Positions 57,462 through 64,000 of a stretch of 64,000 nt of DNA are shown one piece after another; position 1 is the first letter of the stretch, and each line of letters begins with the position of its first letter. The notes under the pieces are model-generated. The model worked only from the letters and a program-made list of their open reading frames with translations, was not told the origin of the DNA and ran no database searches. Where the stretch lies: positions 242,464 through 306,463 of the IMG/VR virus record IMGVR_UViG_3300032268_000832, one strand, 5' to 3'. The translations under genes were made by a program, and so were the position numbers.

Positions 57462-59405
57462 ATGAGTAAATATAGATTTAAAACTGAAGAAGAGTTTAAA
57501 AGAGATGGTAGTTGGAATGGCCATGGCTATGGCCATCCTAATATGTGGGCTTCAAGTGGAAATATGAATAAATATCTTGGACAAGATATTCCTGATAGTT
57601 ATAATACAATCTGTGATAAGTACGAAGGATTTATATATGAAACTTGGAGTTTTCTTCCTTCTGAGTATGTATTAAAAGAAACAGCTTTTGTTCTTCCTTC
57701 TAAATGGTGTGTTAAAGTTGATAGAAATTGTCAACCTGAAGAAGTGTATAAATGGAGAAAAATGAGTTGGGTTGATGCTGGGTACATAAATAATTCTACA
57801 ACTTGGACTGATGTAGTTCTACATAATTACACAGAAATTACTCTAGAACAATTCAAACAACATGTGTTAAAAGAATCTCCTGTTGTAGAATCTCCTAAAG
57901 CAATAGACATGAAAGAAATACAAGAAGAAGCTAAAAAAAGATTTCCTATTGGTTGTAAGTTTATTCCTGTAGATTGGGATGAAACTTACACATTATACAC
58001 ATTAATAGAAGATAACTGTACTTATAAAATTTTAGGTACCCAAATTTGGGCACAAAGTATGTGTGGAAGTCTTTATAATAATGGTAAATGGGCAACATTA
58101 GTTTCTCTTCCTGAAATAAAGAAAGAAATGTTCCATCAAGGAGATTACATTGTTACATTAGATGTTGAAGATGGGTACAATTGTGCTAAAAGAAACTATT
58201 GCTTTAAACAAAGAGTGAATAATAAAGGAATATACCCAGCAGTAGATTTAAGAGGGAGTACAGGTAATGGTCATGGTGCTATGTCTTTTGATAAAAAAGA
58301 ATATTTAAAAGACTGGAGATATGCTACACCTGAAGAAGCAGCTGAATATGAAAGAATACGTAAGCCTTATGATGTAACAACATTACAAAAGAAAGAAGAA
58401 TCTATTCCAGAGTATGTAGAATGTATTGAAGTGCCTACAGGTTGGAGTATAACTAAAAAAGGAGTTATTTATAAAATTGATTCTTTTGATTCGGCTAATG
58501 GTTATTTTATATTAAAATTTGATAAAGGAGGTCAGCGAGTTACATCAGAAAAACATTGCTTTAAACCTTCTACAAAAGAAGCTTATGAAGCTCAAAATAC
58601 ACCTAAGAAGTTGACAAAAGAAGACCTTGTTGAAGGAGAGATTTATTTTTATGATAATAAACATATTGTTATTTACCCAGAAGGACCTGTTCTTTATCAT
58701 GGAAAAGATTATGAATTTAATGTAAATTGGATGTGGATGCTATCTATTGCACATGCAACAGAAGAACAAAAAGCTTTGTTAAGAAGTTATATGAAAAAAG
58801 ATGAAAAACAAGAATGGTCAGAAGGAACTTATGTTGTAGGTATAAAAGGTGGGTTTGGAGTATTTTCAGAGGAGAGAGAACCTGTTGGTTTAGGAAAAAT
58901 ATACACTATTGAAAATGATAGACATTCTAGTGTTGGAATTAAAGAATCTAAATTTTGGATATATAAAGAAAATCTTAAATGGTTTGCAACTCATGAAGAA
59001 GCTTTAGCTTTTTCTAACCAATTAAAAGCCAGTCCTGTACCAAAAAAGTCAGATACATCTGAATTAACACCTTTAGAAATCTGTAAACAGAAATACAGAA
59101 AAGGAATGAGAGTAATGAGTGCCGATAATTCTGGTATGTTTACAGGAGAGTTTATTATTGAAGTAGACCCTGATAAGTTTACAAAAACAGGTTCTGGTGT
59201 AGATTACCAAAATTCTAAAGGTTGGTTGTATGCGGTGGGTAAATATGCTGAAATATTAGAAGATAATGTTTGTGAAATATCTTCACATGAACCATTCATC
59301 AAAGAGGTTGTTAAAACACAACCTAACGAAGAATTAATTAAACCGATTTATTCGGTTAATATTGACTTGGTAGTTAAGAATAAAAAAAATAAAATTATTT
59401 TTTAA
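57462..59405 (+). CDS. large multi-module hypothetical protein
   Basis: ORF track; repeated small modules; Gly codon usage shifts to GGA. Confidence 0.8.
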   Translation: MSKYRFKTEEEFKRDGSWNGHGYGHPNMWASSGNMNKYLGQDIPDSYNTICDKYEGFIYETWSFLPSEYVLKETAFVLPSKWCVKVDRNCQPEEVYKWRKMSWVDAGYINNSTTWTDVVLHNYTEITLEQFKQHVLKESPVVESPKAIDMKEIQEEAKKRFPIGCKFIPVDWDETYTLYTLIEDNCTYKILGTQIWAQSMCGSLYNNGKWATLVSLPEIKKEMFHQGDYIVTLDVEDGYNCAKRNYCFKQRVNNKGIYPAVDLRGSTGNGHGAMSFDKKEYLKDWRYATPEEAAEYERIRKPYDVTTLQKKEESIPEYVECIEVPTGWSITKKGVIYKIDSFDSANGYFILKFDKGGQRVTSEKHCFKPSTKEAYEAQNTPKKLTKEDLVEGEIYFYDNKHIVIYPEGPVLYHGKDYEFNVNWMWMLSIAHATEEQKALLRSYMKKDEKQEWSEGTYVVGIKGGFGVFSEEREPVGLGKIYTIENDRHSSVGIKESKFWIYKENLKWFATHEEALAFSNQLKASPVPKKSDTSELTPLEICKQKYRKGMRVMSADNSGMFTGEFIIEVDPDKFTKTGSGVDYQNSKGWLYAVGKYAEILEDNVCEISSHEPFIKEVVKTQPNEELIKPIYSVNIDLVVKNKKNKIIF

Positions 59406-59468
59406 TTTTATTTGGTAGATTAAAAATAAACTTGTATATTTGCAAAGTAAAACAATAAACATTTAAAA

Positions 59469-59813
59469 ATGAACAAAATGAAAAACATCGTAAAAACAGT
59501 AGTAGCAATCATCAAAGGTGATGACGCAGAAGTGTTAGGTTTAAGAATTATCAGACAAGCTGAATCAGCTTTAAAGTCTCAAATTGCATCACTTAATGGT
59601 GATATTATCACATTAGAAGATAATGTTTCTGATGCTAAAGAGAATTTAAACTTAGCGTTAGCCAATTATGGTAAAAACATAGCTGATAGAAATGTCTATG
59701 TAAGAAACTTATTAGACGCTGAAAACAAAATAACATTAGCTGAGGACGCTTTAGAATTACATAAAGCTAAAATTGTTGTGTTAGAAAAACACTTAGCTAA
59801 CTTAGATAAGTAA
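59469..59813 (+). CDS. hypothetical coiled-coil protein
   Basis: ORF after promoter; resembles 290..628 in layout. Confidence 0.8.
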   Translation: MNKMKNIVKTVVAIIKGDDAEVLGLRIIRQAESALKSQIASLNGDIITLEDNVSDAKENLNLALANYGKNIADRNVYVRNLLDAENKITLAEDALELHKAKIVVLEKHLANLDK

Positions 59814-59819
59814 TCAAAA

Positions 59820-60525
59820 AAACTGGTTGGTGTTAACCAACTACAAGGCTAAACATTGAATACCTTTGTAAATTAGTAAAACGCAAACCCTCAACTATCT
59901 ATTGCAATAGATTAGGGGCACTGGTTGAAACTGGATGACTTAATTTACATAAAGATGCTATCAGTAATGGTAGATGTGTTGGGGTAAATGAGAAAACCCT
60001 GAACGGTCATAACAGTTATTATATTCTTAAAGAAGTTAAGAAGGTAAAGAAGATATAATATAGGCTGATGGCGGTTTACTTACAACACAAATGAGTTCTC
60101 AGCAAGTAGTTAACTGATGTAAATGCTCTGTACTTGAAATGTAACTATAAAGTATAATTCATTAAAGATTCTTAATCAAATGGTAGTACATTATCTATGA
60201 TTAACTACGTGACCCTACTCTTATATAAGCTTACGCAGAAATGTTGTAGTAATATAAGACAAGAGGGTGCTAAAATAAATCACTTGACTTGAAGATAAAC
60301 AATAATATCAATACCTATAAACATAAAGTAGGCTTATACCTTTAGGAGTATTATAAACTGTACTAGCAGTTGTGTTTATTGTAAAGATTAACGAAGAATA
60401 ATAGAGTAACTACTTAGGCGTAATGTATAAAGTGTTGAATGGGCTGTTTGAAGTAGTGAGGGTATCCTCGTAACTGGGGTGTAGTATGAAGTTATTCCAC
60501 TAGAATTTGGTCAAGTGATTTTTTT
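59820..60525 (+). ncRNA. about 700-nt non-coding region of tandem structured RNA modules
   Basis: no ORF of 60 aa or more; long-range stems such as AAATCACTTGAC (60277)/GTCAAGTGATTT (60510), GTAGTTAA/TTAACTAC, GTGTTG/CAACAC. Confidence 0.55.
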
Positions 60526-60529
60526 ATAT

Positions 60530-60698
60530 AGTCAGGTGGCGGAAAGCTTATAGTGTGAGAAATCCTGCTATAACGAGGTAGACGCTGATTGGCATGTGGA
60601 TTCGATAGGTGAAAGACCTATAGGGAAGTAAGGTTCAAAAGTAATCCGATACACGACATGCAGTTCCTTACGTACAGGTTCGAATCCTGTCCTGACTA
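60530..60698 (+). ncRNA. giant tRNA-like RNA (169 nt) with D-loop and anticodon-arm insertions
   Basis: AGTCAGG/CCTGACT-A, TGGCGGAA...GGTAGACGC split by a hairpin, nested GCATGT/ACATGC and GGATT/AATCC stems, ACAGG-TTCGAAT-CCTGT. Confidence 0.75.
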
Positions 60699-60778
60699 CA
60701 AAAAATAAATGTTAAAATATTTTGGTATATAAAAATTAAAGTTTTACATTTGCGTTATAAATTATAAAAAAACAAATT

Positions 60779-61576
60779 ATGAAGATTATCTTTACTGATT
60801 TCAACGAAATCTATTTTGAGACCGACACAGAAGAAATGGTTGGTTGTACTGCTGAACAATTAGTTAGATACCTTAAGGGTGTTCATACTATTTATGAAAG
60901 ATTTATGAACCGTTTCATCAACGTTAAGAAAAATATTTTCTTAAATGGATACCCTAAGGGTAGTATGCCAGACTTAGATTTTGATATCCCAAGTTTGTTA
61001 GAATCTTGTGGCCAAGAAGAATACGACAAAACTGTTAAGTTTTTTGATAGCTTAACGGAAATATATGACAACGTAGAACCATTCACGTTTAAAGAATCGT
61101 TTGAATTAGAAAACAGAAGTTTTCAAGCGCTAGTGTTCTCGTCAATCGATATCCCACAAATGATTAATGAATTGGGTGCTGAAAGACTTAAAACTGATGG
61201 TATCGAAGTTAACCACAGAAAATATGATGAAAATGGTAATTTCACTGGCACTGAAGCCTACCATAACGTTTATGAAACCTATGAAATCCAAGGTGAGAAA
61301 TTAGGGTTGGAAGAATCATTATACGCTGTAAAATGCTGGTGCACATCAACCAATAAAGAACATTGGTTATGGATTAATGATGAGTTTAAAGACGACCCTC
61401 TTAATGCAATTGCATCAACATTTGTTGTTCACAAAAACATTATCCCACATATCAAAGCAATCAAACGCCAAGGTGATTTATTGTTAACTGAAATGGATGA
61501 AGACATCAAACCAGAAGGTGAATTGGTTTCGTTAACTAAAGAACAATACTTTGGTTTGTTAGTGGCGCAATCATAA
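60779..61576 (+). CDS. hypothetical protein (DUF6745-like C-terminus, tentative)
   Basis: AVKCWCTSTNKEHWLWI...NAIASTF. Confidence 0.7.
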   Translation: MKIIFTDFNEIYFETDTEEMVGCTAEQLVRYLKGVHTIYERFMNRFINVKKNIFLNGYPKGSMPDLDFDIPSLLESCGQEEYDKTVKFFDSLTEIYDNVEPFTFKESFELENRSFQALVFSSIDIPQMINELGAERLKTDGIEVNHRKYDENGNFTGTEAYHNVYETYEIQGEKLGLEESLYAVKCWCTSTNKEHWLWINDEFKDDPLNAIASTFVVHKNIIPHIKAIKRQGDLLLTEMDEDIKPEGELVSLTKEQYFGLLVAQS

Positions 61577-61584
61577 ATTAGTTT

Positions 61585-61764
61585 ATGGAAGAACTTAAAC
61601 CAGTAAATGGGTTAGGCCAAAGACATGGTAAATGGTATATAATACCTAAATCATTTGATTATACTGGTTATTCCGCATATTTTGTTAATGATGAAATATT
61701 TGGGTTTTCTGAAGATTTGAATGTAGAATCAATTGTTTATCAAAGTGAATATTATGCAAAATAA
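61585..61764 (+). CDS. small MORN-variant-like protein (YYAK family)
   Basis: RHGKW..YFVND..YYAK; not in track. Confidence 0.65.
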   Translation: MEELKPVNGLGQRHGKWYIIPKSFDYTGYSAYFVNDEIFGFSEDLNVESIVYQSEYYAK

Positions 61765-61897
61765 ATTAAACGGTATTAAAGAGTTTGATTTTTCTAGTAT
61801 TGGTTATACTATGAAATATTATGTTTTAAATGGTAAAATTTTTGGTCCTACAGAAGTAACAAGTCATGGGATAAAAAATAAAAGTTATTATTGTTGA
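61754..61897 (+). CDS. small MORN-variant-like protein
   Basis: starts inside the TATTATGCAAAATAA junction; ends SYYC. Confidence 0.55.
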   Translation: MQNKLNGIKEFDFSSIGYTMKYYVLNGKIFGPTEVTSHGIKNKSYYC

Positions 61898-61970
61898 ATT
61901 TAACTTGTTTTATTAAAAATTAATTAGTATATTTGTACTATAATAAAAATAACATTAAAAAAAGAAAATT

Positions 61971-62204
61971 ATGGTTGGAAACAAAACTATTGTACTAGAA
62001 CCTAGTACTAACACACACACAATGACTAACGTTGTTGACGTTGAGAAAATCGATGAAAACATCCTTAAAATCAAAACTAGCAAGAATAGTCAAGTGTTAC
62101 ACGGCGAACATGGAACCATCGGTATTGAAGCTCCTCATGTAATCAAGTACGTTCAACAAGAGTTGAACCCAGTTACTAAGAAGTTACAAAATGCGTGGGA
62201 CTAA
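61971..62204 (+). CDS. small His-motif protein
   Basis: HTM...LHGEHGTI...QQELNP..AWD. Confidence 0.75.
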   Translation: MVGNKTIVLEPSTNTHTMTNVVDVEKIDENILKIKTSKNSQVLHGEHGTIGIEAPHVIKYVQQELNPVTKKLQNAWD

Positions 62205-62325
62205 GAATTTAAGTTAAAAAAAAAAATAAAAATAACTCTAACATATGTTAGGGTTATTTTTTTGTTAATAATATTTGGTTATTTAAAATAAATTAAGTAT
62301 ATTTGTATAAAATAATTAACAACTG

Positions 62326-62463
62326 ATGATGGAATATAAAACTGAACATTTTGAACTACTTGGAACCAATGGTGTTATTATGGCTAAGGGCGTTTTTGTT
62401 AATTTTATTGATTACGGATTCTGGATTGAAAGAAAAACTGAAAAAATATATTATGCAAGATAA
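62326..62463 (+). CDS. small MORN-variant-like protein (YYAR family)
   Basis: KGVFVNFIDYGFWIE..YYAR; follows a promoter. Confidence 0.6.
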   Translation: MMEYKTEHFELLGTNGVIMAKGVFVNFIDYGFWIERKTEKIYYAR

Positions 62464-62614
62464 AATTTCATATAATAATAAACAATTACATGGTATATGG
62501 GAAGTATACTCTACTTTAACTGGAGAAATTAATTCCAAGGGATTTTTTGTTAACGATGTTGATTATGGTTTTTGGATTGAAGGAAGAATAAATTTTATAT
62601 ATTATGCAAGATAA
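62453..62614 (+). CDS. small MORN-variant-like protein (YYAR family)
   Basis: MQDK..LHGIW..KGFFVNDVDYGFWIE..YYAR. Confidence 0.7.
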   Translation: MQDKISYNNKQLHGIWEVYSTLTGEINSKGFFVNDVDYGFWIEGRINFIYYAR

Positions 62615-63230
62615 AATGAAAGAAATATTAATTAAATTAGGTTTATATTATAAAATTAAATTTTTTATTAAAAGATTTGATTTTATTAAAACATACAACT
62701 CACCATTTAAACCTATTATACCAAAAATATACATAGGTAAAATAGCGGTGGGTGTCCCTTATTTCTTCCCTAGAAAATTAGTAAGGTTAACAGAACAAGA
62801 AGCGATAGACGCTACTTTAAATGAACTAAAGAATAACCCTAATGCTGAAAAAATAGGGTTCGAAAAACTATACTATGATTATAGTAGAAGAGGTAAATTT
62901 ATTGATAAAAAAATAGGTTTTGATTTTGTGGGTCTTGGTTGGAAAACAAAATGGAAAGATACAGATTATAGACATGAATGGAATCCAGTGTGGAGCTTCG
63001 TATTGATTAAATGGCAAGTAGCTATCAAGTTCACACCAATAGAAGATTCACATTATTGGGAATGTTGGTTGTATTATACGAGAAACACCGATAAGACAAA
63101 ATCAACAAAAGAAAGACTTATACAAGCAAGAAAAGAATTTCCTTGTGTTTGGATAAGATATAATAACGGTGAAGAAGAAAGAATATGTTTCTGGGACGCA
63201 ATTTTAAAACATAAATGGTATGACAAATAA
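62604..63230 (+). CDS. hypothetical protein (start 62604 or 62616)
   Basis: ORF track. Confidence 0.75.
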   Translation: MQDKMKEILIKLGLYYKIKFFIKRFDFIKTYNSPFKPIIPKIYIGKIAVGVPYFFPRKLVRLTEQEAIDATLNELKNNPNAEKIGFEKLYYDYSRRGKFIDKKIGFDFVGLGWKTKWKDTDYRHEWNPVWSFVLIKWQVAIKFTPIEDSHYWECWLYYTRNTDKTKSTKERLIQARKEFPCVWIRYNNGEEERICFWDAILKHKWYDK

Positions 63231-63501
63231 TTTTTTAGAACAAACATTTAAAGAGTTAATTTATATGTTTGGTGAAATTAATTGGAATATAATTAAGAAC
63301 GAATCATGGGATAAGTATATCAACAAAGATGAACCTTTCAATGAAAAGCAGTTTGATGAATTAAGACATATAGCTTATGATATAGCCGACGATTACGCTG
63401 TTGAGTTTGCAGAGTGGTTAAAAGACAAACCAAGAAGTCAATTCAACCGAGAATCACTAGAACAATTTAAAAAAGAAAAAGGTTATGAAAGCAACATTTG
63501 A
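63220..63501 (+). CDS. hypothetical protein
   Basis: ORF track. Confidence 0.7.
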   Translation: MTNNFLEQTFKELIYMFGEINWNIIKNESWDKYINKDEPFNEKQFDELRHIAYDIADDYAVEFAEWLKDKPRSQFNRESLEQFKKEKGYESNI

Positions 63502-63670
63502 AGACTATCTAGCAGCTGTAAAAGTGCTTAGAGATGAAAATCAGTATAGTTATACTGATAAAGACCTTGAGAAATATCAAGACTATATTCATGATTGTTT
63601 TAAAACAAATTTAAGCGTTTATAAATGCTTAGAATTTATGTATTTTGAAGTTTTAAAAGATAATATCTGA
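63485..63670 (+). CDS. hypothetical protein
   Basis: ORF track. Confidence 0.65.
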   Translation: MKATFEDYLAAVKVLRDENQYSYTDKDLEKYQDYIHDCFKTNLSVYKCLEFMYFEVLKDNI

Positions 63671-63674
63671 TACC

Positions 63675-63860
63675 ATGCAAGATAAAAGAGACTATAATAA
63701 TAAATCAAACCCTCATGGGTTCTGGATAACACATTATGATGAAAAGCATTTAGGTCGCTTATCATGGAAAGCATATTTTGTTGATGGAAAGACTTTAGGT
63801 TTATTTCAAGCTAACCATTATGATGGTGAAGTGGCAAAAAAAAGTTATTATGCAAAATAA
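63675..63860 (+). CDS. small MORN-variant-like protein (YYAK family)
   Basis: MQDK..PHGFW..YFVDG..YYAK. Confidence 0.7.
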   Translation: MQDKRDYNNKSNPHGFWITHYDEKHLGRLSWKAYFVDGKTLGLFQANHYDGEVAKKSYYAK

Positions 63861-63908
63861 TTTTGTATATTAAAAAATAAGTATTATCTTTGCAAAAAAA
63901 TAATAACA

Positions 63909-64000
63909 ATGAGCACAGTTAAAAAATTGAAATTAGGACCTCTAAGATTAAAATGGGTATTAAGACATATCTGGGAAGAAGATAGAGATATTACAAACTA
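63909..64000 (+). CDS. 5' end of hypothetical protein (partial)
   Basis: ATG after promoter; frame open to window end. Confidence 0.55.
   Translation, partial: MSTVKKLKLGPLRLKWVLRHIWEEDRDITN

Noticed and set aside
4265-61086. Numerous minus-strand track ORFs nested in plus-strand genes (e.g. 4265, 15820, 21543, 46359, 47283)
   Set aside because: Antisense shadows of well-supported genes, with no promoter or motif support
62351-62452. N-terminal extension of track ORF 62351..62614
   Set aside because: Overlaps paralog 62326..62463 in another frame; the family pattern supports a start at 62453
1-64000. CRISPR array, transposase/integrase or alternative genetic code
   Set aside because: No regularly spaced identical repeats or mobile-element motifs seen; TAG and TGA both act as stops at well-defined gene ends; no suppressor tRNA
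1-64000. Bacterial chromosome origin (folA, prs, rnr, smpB, infC, sigma70)
   Set aside because: These genes lack their usual operon context and are scattered among single-strand, tightly packed small unknown ORFs, phage-type tRNA clusters and gp23-like fragments; a jumbo phage fits better, though no hallmark virion gene is in the window

Overview
Very AT-rich, almost entirely plus-strand segment of a jumbo (T4-like/huge) bacteriophage. The host is most likely a Bacteroidota (Flavobacterium-like): about 25 gene blocks start with the Bacteroidota sigma70 promoter TTG-N~19-TAnnTTTG, SD motifs are absent, and the phage sigma factor is Bacteroidota-type. Standard genetic code. No structural or replication core genes are in the window; it is an accessory/host-takeover region. 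It contains 10 tRNA genes with a readable anticodon loop, at least 6 aberrant tRNA-like RNAs and several structured intergenic RNAs. It also contains an OmpA-fused ABC importer operon, a full NAD+ recycling and ADP-ribose set (NadM-Nudix, NAMPT, Prs, NADAR, macrodomain, Sir2), translation/RNA-repair genes (Thg1, RNase R, SmpB, IF3, YqeY, Smr, HAD phosphatases), a sigma70 factor and many small hypothetical ORFs. Top finding: a 33-codon leader peptide with terminator/antiterminator architecture sits directly upstream of the main tRNA array. Codons 2-18 use only Lys, Thr, Gln, Tyr, Pro and Gly, exactly the six amino acids whose tRNAs lie downstream. This suggests a ribosome-stalling attenuator that switches on phage tRNAs when host tRNAs are depleted. 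Other highlights are a family of anticodon-less tRNA mimics, a circularly permuted tRNA-Arg (Y RNA-like), a class-II-shaped tRNA-Pro, and a protein carrying permuted major-capsid (Gol-peptide-like) fragments. All calls come from reading the sequence and motifs; no database searches were run.
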